Below are positions 13,001 through 25,329 of a DNA stretch of 64,000 bases, one piece after another (the first letter of the stretch is position 1; every line of letters begins with the position of its first letter). A program made the translations under genes and the position numbers. Source of the stretch: Euglena gracilis (lineage: Eukaryota); assembly GCA_039621445.1 (NCBI GenBank), contig CP154954.1, positions 8,124,634 through 8,188,633 of the forward strand. Direction: 5' to 3'. The notes beneath the pieces were generated by a model. That model had not been told where the DNA came from. It saw only the letters and a list, made by a program, of their open reading frames with translations, and did no database searches.

Positions 13001-16000
13001 TTGCCCCCCAAATCAGTTGGGCAACAAAAGGGATTTGCCCCCCAAATCAGTTGGGCAACAGAAGGGATTTTGTTATTTTGGGGCCCTCGAACAGTTGGGC
13101 AGCAAAAGGGATTTGCCCCCCAAAACGGGTGGGTAACACAAGGGATTTTGTTATTTTGGGGCCCTCGAACAATTGGGCAACAAAAGGGATTTGCCCCCCA
13201 AATCAATTGGGCAACAAAAGGGATTTGCCCCCCAAAACGGGTGGGTAACACAAGGGATTTTGTTATTTTGGGGCCCTCGAACAGTTCGGCAGCAAAAGGG
13301 ATTTGCCCCCCAAAACGGGTGGGTAACACAAGGGATTCTGTTATTTTGGGGCCCTCGAACAGTTGGGTAGCAAAAGGGATTTGCCCCCCCAAAACGGGTG
13401 GGTAACACAAGGGATTTTGTTATTTTGGGGCCCTCGAACAGTTGGGCAACAAAAGGGATTTGCCCCCCAAAACGGGTGGGTAACACAAGGGATTTTGTTA
13501 TTTTGGGGCCCTCGAACAGTTGGGCAGCAAAAGGGATTTGCCCCCCAAAACGGGTGGGTAACACAAGGGATTTTGTTATTTTGGGGCCCTGGAACAGTTG
13601 GGCAACAAAAGGGATTTGCCCCCCAAAACGGGTGGGTAACACAAGGGATTTTGTTATTTTGGGGCCCTCGAACAGTTGGGCAGCAAAAGGGATTTGCCCC
13701 CCAAAACGGGTGGGTAACACAAGGGATTTTGTTATTTTTGGGCCCTGGAACAGTTGGGCAACAAAAGGGATTTGCCCCCCAAAACGGGTGGGTAACACAA
13801 GGGATTTTGTTATTTTGGGGCCCTGGAACAGCAGCAAAAGGGATTTGCCCCCCAAAACGGGTGGGTAACACAAGGGATTTTGTTATTTTGGGGCCCTCGC
13901 ACAGTTGGGCAACAAAAGGGATTTGCCTTCCAAATCAGTTGGGCAACAAAAGGGATTTGCCCGCCAAAACGGGTGGGTAACACAAGGGATTTTGTTATTT
14001 TGGGGCCCTCGAACAGTTGGGCAACAAAAGGGATTTGCCCCCCAAATCAGTTGGGCAACAAAAGGGATTTGCCCCCCAAATCAGTTGGGCAACAGAAGGG
14101 ATTTTGCTATTTTGGGGCCCTCGAACAGTTGGGCAGCAAAAGGGATTTGCCCCCCAAAACGGGTGGGTAACACAAGGGAGTTTGTTAATTTGGGGGCCCC
14201 GAACAGTTGGGCAACAAAAGGGATTTGCCCCCCAAAACGGGTGGGTAACACAAGGGATTTTGTTATTTTGGGGCCCTCGAACAATTGGGCAACAAAAGGG
14301 ATTTGCCCCCCAAATCAATTGGGCAACAAAAGGGATTTGCCCCCCAAAACGGGTGGGTAACACAAGGGATTTTGTTATTTTGGGGCCCTCGAACAGTTCG
14401 GCAGCAAAAGGGATTTGCCCCCCAAAACGGGTGGGTAACACAAGGGATTTTGTTATTTTGGGGCCCTCGAACAGTTGGGCAGCAAAAGGGATTTGCCCCC
14501 CCAAAACGGGTGGGTAACACAAGGGATTTTGTTATTTTGGGGCCCTCGAACAGTTGGGCAACAAAAGGGATTTGCCCCCCAAATCAGTTGGGCAACAAAA
14601 GGGATTTGCGTGGGTAACACAAGGGATTTTGTTATTTTGGGGCCCTGGAACAGTTGGGCAACAAAAGGGATTTGCCCCCCAAAACGGGTGGGTAACACAA
14701 GGGATTTTGTTATTTTGGGGCCCTCGAACAGTTGGGCAGCAAAAGGGATTTGCCCCCCAAAACGGGTGGGTAACACAAGGGATTTTGTTATTTTTGGGCC
14801 CTGGAACAGTTGGGCAACAAAAGGGATTTGCCCCCCAAAACGGGTGGGTAACACAAGGGATTTTGTTATTTTGGGGCCCTGGAACAGCAGCAAAAGGGAT
14901 TTGCCCCCCAAAACGGGTGGGTAACACAAGGGATTTTGTTATTTTGGGGCCCTCGCACAGTTGGGCAACAAAAGGGATTTGCCCTCCAAATCAGTTGGGC
15001 AACAAAAGGGATTTGCCCGCCAAAACGGGTGGGTAACACAAGGGATTTTGTTATTTTGGGGCCCTCGAACAGTTGGGCAACAAAAGGGATTTGCCCCCCA
15101 AATCAGTTGGGCAACAAAAGGGATTTGCCCCCCAAATCAGTTGGGCAACAGAAGGGATTTTGCTATTTTGGGGCCCTCGAACAGTTGGGCAGCAAAAGGG
15201 ATTTGCCCCCCAAAACGGGTGGGTAACACAAGGGATTTTGTTATTTTGGGGCCCTCGAACAATTGGGCAACAAAAGGGATTTGCCCCCCAAAACGGGTGG
15301 GTAACACAAGGGATTTTGTTATTTTGGGGCCCTCGAACAATTGGGCAACAAAAGGGATTTGCCCCCCAAATCAATTGGGCAACAAAAGGGATTTGCCCCC
15401 CAAAACGGGTGGGTAACACAAGGGATTTTGTTATTTTGGGGCCCTCGAACAGTTCGGCAGCAAAAGGGATTTGCCCCCCAAAACGGGTGGGTAACACAAG
15501 GGATTTTGTTATTTTGGGGCCCTCGAACAGTTGGGCAGCAAAAGGGATTTGCCCCCCCAAAACGGGTGGGTAACACAAGGGATTTTGTTATTTTGGGGCC
15601 CTCGAACAGTTGGGCAACAAAAGGGATTTGCCCCCCAAATCAGTTGGGCAACAAAAGGGATTTGCGTGGGTAACACAAGGGATTTTGTTATTTTGGGGCC
15701 CTGGAACAGTTGGGCAGCAAAAGGGATTTGCCCCCCAAAACGGGTGGGTAACACAAGGGATTTTGTTATTTTGGGGCCCTCGAACAGTTGGGCAACAAAA
15801 GGGATTTGCCCCCCAAATCAGTTGGGCAACAAAAGGGATTTGCCCGCCAAAACGGGTGGGTAACACAAGGGATTTTGTTATTTTGGGGCCCTCGAACAGT
15901 TGGGCAACAAAAGGGATTTGCCCCCCAAATCAGTTGGGCAACAAAAGGGATTTGCCCCCCAAATCAGTTGGGCAACAGAAGGGATTTTGTTATTTTGGGG

Positions 16001-18668
16001 CCCTCGAACAGTTGGGCAGCAAAAGGGATTTGCCCCCCAAAACGGGTGGGTAACACAAGGGATTTTGTTATTTTGGGGCCCTCGAACAATTGGGCAACAA
16101 AAGGGATTTGCCCCCCAAATCAATTGGGCAACAAAAGGGATTTGCCCCCCAAAACGGGTGGGTAACACAAGGGATTTTGTTATTTTGGGGCCCTCGAACA
16201 GTTCGGCAGCAAAAGGGATTTGCCCCCCAAAACGGGTGGGTAACACAAGGGATTTTGTTATTTTGGGGCCCTCGAACAGTTGGGCAGCAAAAGGGATTTG
16301 CCCCCCAAAACGGGTGGGTAACACAAGGGATTTTGTTATTTTGGGGCCCTCGAACAGTTGGGCAACAAAAGGGATTTGCCCCCCAAAACGGGTGGGTAAC
16401 ACAAGGGATTTTGTTATTTTGGGGCCCTGGAACAGTTGGGCAGCAAAAGGGATTTGCCCCCCAAAACGGGTGGGTAACACAAGGGATTTTGTTATTTTGG
16501 GGCCCTGGAACAGTTGGGCAACAAAAGGGATTTGCCCCCCAAAACGGGTGGGTAACACAAGGGATTTTGTTATTTTGGGGCCCTCGAACAGTTGGGCAGC
16601 AAAAGGGATTTGCCCCCCAAAACGGGTGGGTAACACAAGGGATTTTGTTATTTTGGGGCCCTGGAACAGTTGGGCAACAAAAGGGATTTGCCCCCCAAAA
16701 CGGGTGGGTAACACAAGGGATTTTGTTATTTTGGGGCCCTGGAACAGCAGCAAAAGGGATTTGCCCCCCAAAACGGGTGGGTAACACAAGGGATTTTGTT
16801 ATTTTGGGGCCCTCGCACAGTTGGGCAACAAAAGGGATTTGCCCTCCAAATCAGTTGGGCAACAAAAGGGATTTGCCCGCCAAAACGGGTGGGTAACACA
16901 AGGGATTTTGTTATTTTGGGGCCCTCGAACAGTTGGGCAACAAAAGGGATTTGCCCCCCAAATCAGTTGGGCAACAAAAGGGATTTGCCCCCCAAATCAG
17001 TTGGGCAACAGAAGGGATTTTGCTATTTTGGGGCCCTCGAACAGTTGGGCAGCAAAAGGGATTTGCCCCCCAAAACGGGTGGGTAACACAAGGGATTTTG
17101 TTATTTTGGGGCCCTCGAACAATTGGGCAGCAAAAGGGATTTGCCCCCCCAAAACGGGTGGGTAACACAAGGGATTTTGTTATTTTGGGGCCCTCGAACA
17201 ATTGGGCAACAAAAGGGATTTGCCCCCCAAATCAGTTGGGCAACAAAAGGGATTTGCGTGGGTAACACAAGGGATTTTGTTATTTTGGGGCCCTGGAACA
17301 GTTGGGCAGCAAAAGGGACTTGCCCCCCAAAACGGGCGGGTAACACAAGGGATTTTGTTATTTTGGGGCCCTCGAACAGCTGGGCAACAAAAGGGATTTG
17401 CCCCCCAAATCAGTTGGGCAACAAAAGGGATTTGCCCCCCAAAACGGGTGGGTAACACAAGGGATTTTGTTATTTTGGGGCCCTGGAACAGTTGGGCAAC
17501 AAAAGGGATTTGCCCCCCAAAACGGGTGGGTAACACAAGGGGATTTTGTTATTTTAGGGCCCTCGAACAGTTGGGCAGCAAAAGGGATTTGCCCCCCAAA
17601 ACGGGTGGGTAACACAAGGGATTTTGTTATTTTGGGGCCCTGGAACAGTTGGGCAACAAAAGGGATTTGCCCCCCAAATCAATTGGGCAACAAAGGGGAT
17701 TTTCCCCCCAAAACGGGTGGGTAACACAAGGGGATTTTGTTATTTTGGGGCCCTCGAACAGTTGGGCAGCAAAAGGGATTTGCCCCCCAAAACGGGTGGG
17801 TAACACAAGGGATTTTGTTATTTTGGGGCCCTGGAACAGTTGGGCAACAAAAGGGATTTGCCCCCCAAACCAGTTGGGCAACAAAAGGGATTTGCCCCCC
17901 AAAACGGGTGGGTAACACAAGGGATTTTGTTATTTTGGGGCCCTCGAACAGTTGGGCAGCAAAAGGGATTTGCCCCCCAAAACGGGTGGGTAACACAAGG
18001 GATTTTGTTATTTTGGGGCCCTCGAACAGTTGGGCAACAAAAGGGATTTGCCCCCCAAATCAGTTGGGCAACAAAAGGGATTTGCGTGGGTAACACAAGG
18101 GATTTTGTTATTTTGGGGCCCTGGAACAGTTGGGCAGCAAAAGGGATTTGCCCCCCAAAACGGGTGGGTAACACAAGGGATTTTGTTATTTTGGGGCCCT
18201 CGAACAGTTGGGCAACAAAAGGGATTTGCCCCCCAAATCAGTTGGGCAACAAAAGGGATTTGCCCCCCAAAACGGGTGGGTAACACAAGGGATTTTGTTA
18301 TTTTGGGGCCCTCGAACAGTTGGGCAGCAAAAGGGATTTGCCCCCCAAAACGGGTGGGTAACACAAGGGATTTTGTTATTTTGGGGCCCTGGAACAGTTG
18401 GGCAACAAAAGGGATTTGCCCCCCAAATCAGTTGGGCAACAAAAGGGATTTGCCCCCCAAAACGGGTGGGTAACACAAGGGATTTTGTTATTTTGGGGCC
18501 CTGGAACAGTTGGGCAGCAAAAGGGATTTGCCCCCCAAAACGGGTGGGTAACACAAGGGATTTTGTTATTTTGGGGCCCTCGAACAGTTGGGCAACAAAA
18601 GAGATTTGCCCCCCAAATCAGTTGGGCAACAAAAGGGATTTGCCCCCCAAAACGGGTGGGTAACTCAA
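1081..18668 (+). repeat. Satellite array, 78-bp monomer with interspersed 34-bp subunit, ~17.6 kb
   Basis: Monomer aaaacgggtgggtaacacaagggattttgttattttggggccctcgaacagttgggcagcaaaagggatttgcccccc (78 bp); subunit aaatcagttgggcaacaaaagggatttgcccccc (34 bp); highly homogeneous, with recurring diagnostic variants. Confidence 0.98.
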
Positions 18669-18709
18669 GGGTGGGGGTCGACCATGGTCGCCCCCCGACC
18701 AGAGGGGGC

Positions 18710-18823
18710 AGGCATTGGATATAAAGCGTTTAAAACAGAAACAGTTGCCCTTTTGATTAAAACAGTGATATTTTTCAGGGCATAGTTTTAAACACTTCGC
18801 GATTCGCGAAAATGGAGATGCCT
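18710..18823 (+). repeat. Dispersed ~115-bp repeat, copy 1 (copy 2 at 22651-22766)
   Basis: caggcattg(g/a)atataaagcgtttaaaacagaaaca...gttttaaacacttcgcgattc...gatgccta occurs twice; short AGGCAT/ATGCCT inverted ends. Confidence 0.85.
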
Positions 18824-18879
18824 AATATATCCTTGTACGCTTCAGGTCCACCATGCCCAGAGTCGGAAGACCACATTTG

Positions 18880-19264
18880 AGGGGGGGGGTTTCCCGTCGT
18901 GGGGTGGGGGTCGACCATGGTCGCCCTTCAAAAGGGGGGGGTTTCCCGTCGTGGGGTGGGGGTCGACCGTGGTCGCCCTTCAAAAGGGGGGGGGTTCCCG
19001 TCGTGGGGAGGGGGTCGACCATGGTCGCCCCCCTACCGGGGGGGGGTTCCCGTCGTGGGGTGGGGGTCGACCATGGTCGCCCCCCTACCGGGGGGGGTTT
19101 CCCGTCGTGGGGTGGGGGTCGACCATGGTCGCCCTCGGTCGACCCCCAGGGTCGCCTCGGTCGACCCCCCCCACTCCCCCCCCCCCCCCCGACCGAGAGC
19201 GACCGAGGGCGACCGAGGCGACCGTGGGTCGACCATGGTCGACCCCCACTACCCCCCCCCCAGG
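18880..19264 (-). repeat. Right arm of the foldback element (inverted ~52-bp subrepeats plus terminus)
   Basis: About 5 copies of cccgtcgtggggtgggggtcgaccatggtcgccc, the reverse complement of the left-arm unit. Confidence 0.9.
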
Positions 19265-19409
19265 CCAGATCCGGGAGCCCAACGAAAATGTCCATGGGGG
19301 TCTAAACCTCTTGTCCATTGGGGACCAATAATGGTGTCCACGGGGGTTCTTGGGGAGGTGTCCGCAAGGGACAACAAAACTTGTCCAAAGGGGGGTCGGC
19401 GCCGTCCGG

Positions 19410-19800
19410 CTAGGGGGGGGGGGAGGGGGGGTTTTTGGCGTGGCGAGGGGGTCCCGGATGGGGGGGGGGAGGGGTGCGCGGGGGTTTTCCAAGAAAATTT
19501 TCTTTGGCGCGGCTGACATGGCGTGGCGAGGGGGTCTGAAAAGGGGGGGGAGGGGGGTAAAATGGCGTGGCGAGGGGGTCGGTGAGGGGGGGGGGGAGGG
19601 GTGTGCCGACCCCCCAAAAGGGATCTTCATTTTGTCCAAAATTCCCAACCCGGGTGTCCGCTAGCTGTAACCGGACCCCCTCGCCACGCCACCCAACACA
19701 TTTTTCATTTTGCAACCCCTCCCCCCCCCCATCCGAGACCCCCTCGCCACGCCAGTTTCCCGCCATCCCCCCCCCCCTATTCGGACCCCCTCGCCACGTC
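19410..19800. mobile_element. MITE-like foldback element
   Basis: Three gcgtggcgagggg motifs on the left mirrored by three cccctcgccacg motifs on the right; boundaries approximate. Confidence 0.6.
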
Positions 19801-19811
19801 GTACCAACCCC

Positions 19812-20180
19812 CCCATGTTGCCCATCGATAAGGGGGGCTTCTCAATGGCTTTCACCAGATGGCCTTAGATTTCAGCCGTGCTGCATGGTATTCTATTTCA
19901 GAAATTCCCCAAATTTGACCAAATGGAAATTGTTGCACAAAATACCCCAATGTCTGGCCAAATACCCCCCCGAAAACTGCTCAGATATGATTGATATGAC
20001 TGCCACATGTCTAAAAACCATTTTGGACACTTTTTGGAACTTTTTATTTTGGGTCCCATTGGGACGCCGTCTTCCCGCCCGAACCGGCGTTCTGGACGCC
20101 GGTTCGGCGCAAAAATTTCTGCGCCGAACCGGCGTCCAGAACGCCGGTTCGGGCGTGAAGCCAGAGCCCCAATACACGGT
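19812..20180 (+). repeat. Terminal block of the PHD-element family; inverted copy at ~29975-30285
   Basis: catgttgccc...ggccttagatttcagc...caaatggaaattgttgcacaaaatacccca...cagaacgccggttcgggcgtgaagccagag matches the reverse complement of 29975-30285. Confidence 0.9.
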
Positions 20181-20184
20181 TTCA

Positions 20185-20305
20185 AACAAATTGTGGCTGA
20201 GCCCAGATTTCAGCCTGAAAACGTGTTCAGGGGGCCCCCTTCGGGGGCCCCCTGGCTGAACACGTTTTCAGGCTGAAATCTGGGCTCAGCCACAATTTGT
20301 GTATA
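20185..20305. other. Long near-perfect palindrome/hairpin, orientation A
   Basis: Arm acaaattgtggctgagcccagatttcagcctgaaaacgtgttcag and its exact reverse complement flank a GC-rich ggcccccttcgggggcc centre. Confidence 0.95.
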
Positions 20306-20400
20306 AAAAAAAACATTTCGGTGAAGAAAAAAAATTGAAATGCTTTTTAGAAAAAAAAGTTCATTTTTTATCTATGCATCTTCGTAGTCCACAAAGGGTA

Positions 20401-20647
20401 ACCCCCCCCCCCTAATGGAAGCGTGGGGCCGCTACAAGCGCAGGGTCCAAATAAAAGCGCACCCCCCCGCCACCGAAGGCGGTGGTCCGCTACAAGCGCA
20501 CCCCCCATTTTGATGGGATTTCCAAAGGAAATCAACAAAAAACGCTTGGGTAGGGTCCAAATAGAAGCGCACCCCCCCCCCGCCGCCGCCGGAGGCGGCG
20601 GTCCCCTATAAGCGCACCCGTGCTTCTATTAGGGGGGAGGGGGGGGT
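20401..20647. mobile_element. MITE (second copy inverted at ~42810-43030)
   Basis: Inverted ends Cn-taatggaagc / gcttctatta-Gn; internal ccgctacaagcgc repeats; a related reverse-complement copy lies at 42810-43030. Confidence 0.7.
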
Positions 20648-21267
20648 ACTGGCTTTCACATGTGCGACGCCTTGCCAACCACACCTTTTTGGGATGAAGG
20701 GTTAACCTGAAATTTGCCAAAAATTTTGGCCACTTTGGGGGGAGGGACACTTTGAGGGGGGGGGTGAGGGTAGTTACCGACCAGCAGCGGTGTAGAAACA
20801 ATTTTTTCTCGGAGAGGGGGGGCAGAAACGAAGTTAGCGCCGGCCATAAACAGAAAAATTCCAAAAATAGAACGTTTTCAAAAATTTTCCCACTCCCCTG
20901 GGGACCCCCCCAGGGAGGGGGGCTCGGCGGGACCCACCCACCCTACCCCCTGCCCCCCGGTGTCCACGACTGAAAAAACCCCTGTGACAAATGCTGTTTT
21001 TACCCCCCCCATATTGTCCCCCCCATATTGTCCCTCGGCCCCGGTCGACGGGGGGTTTTTTTGGCTCGGCCAAAAAAAAATGAAATTCCTTTGGTACCCC
21101 CATATTGTCCCCCCCCATGTTGTCCGGCTGGGCCTCCCGAGGGGAGGTCGGTGGGACAATATGGGGGGGGTATGTGTTGTTTTCTTTTTGCCGCCCAAAG
21201 GGCGCTGAGGCAGTAGGAAAGAAGGCATTGAACGTGACAAAAAAAAATGCAGTAATTTTTTGACATC

Positions 21268-21909
21268 ATGCCAATTAGAAGGAGGATCCTGACGTGAAAA
21301 ATGGAACACCGAAGAAAAAGGACAGTGTGAAGATGGAGGTTTCGAAGTCTGAGGAGCCTGAGATTGTATCTGTGAAACCAGAGGTCTTTGATGTGGATGC
21401 ACCTCGCCAGGTAAGGAACACTTTCTCCTTCATAATTACCAAACTTTTTCGCTGCAGCCTCGTGCAAAACATCCTCGCACTGTTCTCTATCGTGGTGAAC
21501 CCGTCGTCGTCGATGAGAACTCCAATGACGAGGTTATGTGTTCAACTTTTATGTCATTGCTAACCACCAACTTTCTCAGGAGCCGGTGATTTGCTCGTAG
21601 TACAGTTTGGAGCGTTACCTGGAGGCCAAGAAGGCCGAGTACCGGGCGGTCTTCGCTGCGCCGCCGGCACCGGAGGGAGCCGCCACCTCGGTCGTCATGG
21701 ATAACCTTCCTAACCCCTTCCCGATCCTGAAGACAGAAACCACCGAGGAGCGCATGCAAGGAAAGCCTTGTGCTCGGTGTTTTCTGCCTTTGGGCAAGCG
21801 AGGCTTGCTTCGCCCAATGGATTGCGATTTGTGCCACGAATTTTGGCACCTTGACTGTGCTGGCCGCACCATGCTCCCTCCCCGCAACAGTTGGTGTTGT
21901 CCTTGGTGA
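21268..21909 (+). pseudogene. PHD-finger protein pseudogene with two 47-nt GT-AG introns
   Basis: Exons 21268-21410, 21458-21532, 21580-21909; C-terminal CARC-x-CDLC-x4-H-x2-C-x-WCCPW* is a C4HC3 PHD pattern with the last Cys position read as TGA; frameshift just after the ATG; in-frame TAG at 21598. Confidence 0.75.
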
Positions 21910-22650
21910 TGGCAGGGAGATGCCCCCCATGCCCGCTCGTGTTCTGAATGCGAAGCGCAAGCACTGAGGATTACACCAACTGTCTACCTCCGTTTTTTTT
22001 TTGTCCTGGAACAATCCATTGGCATGTCGTTTGCCTGCACCAGGTTTTTTCGGTGGCAGCTCCCATCCTCCCTGTGCTTTGACGGCTTCTTGCTATCTTG
22101 ACAACCATCCAACAGTTGTTTCGGTGTCCCAAATGTGGTTGGTGGCTGTTTGAAAATTTGGGGGGGGTCCACCGGACTCAAGACAAAGCCGGTGGACCCC
22201 CTCCACTGGCTTTGTCACCCCTGAGTCCATCGTAGGGGGTCAGGCTTTGTCCTAAGTCCGGTGGGGGGGGGGGTCACCGACTTAGGACAGAACCGGCGTT
22301 CACCCCCTTTGGGCTAGGGAGCACTTAGAAATATGTTCACTTGCGTTCCCCTTTAGGCCCAGGGGGAACAGCCAAAATTTCCCAAAGTTAATTCCGAAAA
22401 AAACCCCAGGGGTTCAAATATAAAATCTCCCCACCCAAACTCTGAAAAAGCCATGGGGCTCCAGCCCTATTCCCCAACCGCATTTCTAAAAAAAAAGCCC
22501 AGCGGTCCAACCAAAATTTTCCCAACCGTGATACAATGAAAAAACCCAGGGGGTCCAGCCAAAATTTCCCAACCATATGTCTGGAAAAAACCCAGCGGGT
22601 CCAGCCAACATTTATCAACCGTAATTCTGAAAAAAGGCTCAGGGGGGGTC

Positions 22651-22766
22651 CAGGCATTGAATATAAAGCGTTTAAAACAGAAACATTTGCCCTTTTGATT
22701 AAAACACTGATATTTTTGGGGGCATTGTTTTAAACACTTCGCGATTCACGAAAACGCAGATGCCTA
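22651..22766 (+). repeat. Dispersed ~115-bp repeat, copy 2
   Basis: Near-identical to 18710-18823. Confidence 0.85.
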
Positions 22767-24067
22767 ATATTTAAGATACATGTGTTTCCTATTGCCACCC
22801 AAAGGGCGGCGAGACGGGAGTGGAGATATTCACAAACAAAAACTTCAGATTGGAAAAAGGAAGACTTTTTCCCCCTCCGACCATGAGTTTTGGGCTTGTT
22901 TGGCCAACCAAAGGGCGGCAAGACGGTAACAATGTGAACATGTGAAGAGCCCGCACGTATTGAAGAAAGCTTCCCAAAAAAATTTCCTTGCCGTGCCTCT
23001 TGAGGGGGGGTAGGAATTTTCGGGTGTTTTGGCTCTCCGATCCAAAGTTGAGAGTGCCTTTTCTGGGTGCTCGGTTGCACTTGCCCTTGATGGCTGCAGC
23101 ATTCCGGTCGCCAAAAAGGAGTAAAAAACAGACATTTATCCTTGTCAGTCAGAAACCCAGGGAATTACCACACCCCCCCCCGTGACCCCCCCGTGACCCG
23201 GCCCACCCCCAGGGGGGTTTTTTGGTCGGTTTTAGGTGCTTTCCATCCCACCAAAATCCAACCTAATGCCAAAATGGATGTTGTGCATGTGCAATTTTCA
23301 AGCATGTCAACCAAAAAAACTTCATTTTGGCATTTTAGGTGGCCTTTTGGGAACAGTAAGGGGGGGGAGCTCGTCCCCCCCCCCTTACTGTCCCCCCCCC
23401 TTACTGTTCCCATGGACCCAAAAGGGGGCCACGGGACGGGGGGTCACGGGGGGGATATGGCCTTGGGCCGTAAACCCTTGGGTTGCAATCCACAAAACAA
23501 GGGCAATTTCAATACTGAAAGCAGTTGTGATTGAAGCACCTGCGTTTGCGGACCCCAAAATCGGGGGGGGGGTTCAAATCCGGGTCACAGGGGGGTCACG
23601 GGGAGGGGGGGTCACGGGGGGGGGGGTCACGGGGACGACACCCCCCCTTTTTTGCCTTGTGTTCCAAGAATCCTTTACAAAATGTGCTTTGACACTGTAC
23701 TGTTCCCGTCCCCCCAATGGGAACAGTAAGGGGGGGGGAGAGTAAAGGGGGGGGCATGGTAGTTGCATCAGTTTTGTCAAAAATGCTCCGGGGAGACCAT
23801 TAGAGCATTAATGCTGCCCCCCCCCCTCTACAGTTGGGATTTTCGGGAGCCCCCCCCCCCCCCCAGTGCCGACCCCCCTGAGATAGATGAAAATTTTGAC
23901 ACCAAAAATGGCCTTTTTAGACCAAAAAGGCCTTAAATTTTTTGGGGTTTTTGGTTTTGGTTTCTGGCCATTTTTGAGGGGGGGGTTGGCAGCACAGTCG
24001 GGACCCCAGGACCCCCCCCCCCGGTGTTGAGGCAGTACACCAAAAAGTGCCAAAAAAATGCAAAAAA

Positions 24068-24739
24068 TCAGACCTCGGGACCCCCCCTCCCCCCTGCCAA
24101 CGCCCCTACGGTGAGGGACTGTGCTTGAGCAAAGCTGAAGGGTGGAGGGTGGAGGGAGGAGAGGGAGGAGAGAGGAGGAGAGGGAGGTAAGGGGGCGGAA
24201 TGGGAGAATGGTCGCATTTGAGGGAAGAAGAGAAAGAGGGGGAGGGGGGAGGGATGAAGAAGCAACAGCGCTGTGCTCATGTAGAAATCAGCATGTGATC
24301 GGTAGCTCTTTCTGCCAGACGCAGTTGGCGGGTTACTGCCCGCGCTAATGTCACAGATAGATTCTCTGTTAGCTCCTGGAACCGGCATTGTCTGACAGAG
24401 CCGGCGAATGAGTTTGTAGCCATGTGGAGAATGTCTCGCAGAAGCTTGGTTGTTGTCGGGCCAGGGCAGCCCCACGGATCGACGTTTGTGGAGTTCAGCG
24501 TCTGGCACGGTCCGTAGAACGCGGGGGAGATTCAAGGGCCAGCAAGAGGGAGCCAGTGGGTGTTCGATGGTGAGGTCATCAACAGGGTGCTTTCCTTTTC
24601 CTCCTCCCACTCCAATCCGAGAAGGAGGAGTCGTCGCGCGTGCCTGCTTCACAACTCTGCTCCTTGCGAATGGAAATGCCTTCTCGTTGGCCATCCACGA
24701 GGGCAAGTCGGAGGCGGCTGTGTCTTTCTGTGAGGCCAT
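24068..24739 (-). CDS. Hypothetical ORF, probably an element-borne fragment; only the first ~150 aa look protein-like
   Basis: aaaaATGG start context and non-repetitive sequence down to ~24290, then a CT-rich low-complexity tract. No family recognised. Confidence 0.25.
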   Translation of the reverse strand: MASQKDTAASDLPSWMANEKAFPFARSRVVKQARATTPPSRIGVGGGKGKHPVDDLTIEHPLAPSCWPLNLPRVLRTVPDAELHKRRSVGLPWPDNNQASARHSPHGYKLIRRLCQTMPVPGANRESICDISAGSNPPTASGRKSYRSHADFYMSTALLLLHPSPLPLFLFFPQMRPFSHSAPLPPSPPLSSLSSLHPPPFSFAQAQSLTVGALAGGRGGPEV

Positions 24740-24813
24740 TTTTGAGGCAGGTTAGAAGATGATCACCAAAAGGATAAATGGATTCAGAACTTCAGAAGAG
24801 AGAATTTGTGTCA

Positions 24814-24862
24814 GGCACGGCACGGCACGGACGGCACGGCACGGCACGGCACGGCACGGCAC
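24814..24862 (+). repeat. (GGCAC)n microsatellite, about 10 units
   Basis: Direct reading of the sequence. Confidence 0.95.
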
Positions 24863-25329
24863 GGCGCGCGTCTCGCATCTCGCGCGGCTCCCGTGCTCGC
24901 GCGTCGCCCGTGCGGGCGCGTCGCCCGTGTCGGCGTGCTGTTCTTTTGCTGTCGGGACGGGTCACCGCGTGCCGTTGCACCCGCCTGTCACTTGGGCGGA
25001 TTCACTTCGACTTCCGTTGGCCTGACCCTGAGGGGCGTGGGCCCTTTCTTTTTTGTGGGGGGGGGATGGTGCTGCCATCTGCGAGGTTTCTCACCTCGGC
25101 CGTGCGCATTGGATGCGGATGGGGCCCACATTCATTCCATCTTTGGTCATGGATGCTCTTTGCCATCCTTGCATATCCACCGCCGCCACGGAGGTTCCTC
25201 GTTGTGGGCCTGGTGCTGTCCTGGGCAGTGGTGCATCCCGCGGCGCTGATGTTAGCGGGAGCTCCTCGTGCCCTCGTGCTGCCAACACAGCAGAGAGTTG
25301 CTCAGCCACAAACACCATCAATGCCGAGG

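Larger units (their letters stand above)
507..19264. mobile_element. Foldback-like element with long repetitive terminal inverted repeats enclosing a satellite array
   Basis: Left end cctg-Gn-tagtaggggtcgaccatggtccacccacggtcgccctcggtc is the near-exact reverse complement of the right end gaccgag...gaccgtgggtcgaccatggtcgacccccacta-Cn-cagg; both arms carry the same ~52-bp subrepeat in opposite orientation. No clear TSD and no transposase. Confidence 0.7.

Noticed and set aside
1081-18668. CRISPR-like array
   Set aside because: No unique spacers and no cas genes; the context is eukaryotic.
482-18785. Hundreds of overlapping ORFs in the satellite and its arms
   Set aside because: They are translations of a 78-bp (multiple of 3) repeat, open in several frames on both strands and shifted at every 34-bp unit; no coding signal.
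24290-24450. Resemblance of HSPHG...ICDISAG...H to an alphavirus-like capping methyltransferase
   Set aside because: Only loose spacing of a few residues; the downstream DxxR motif is absent; cannot be supported without a profile search.
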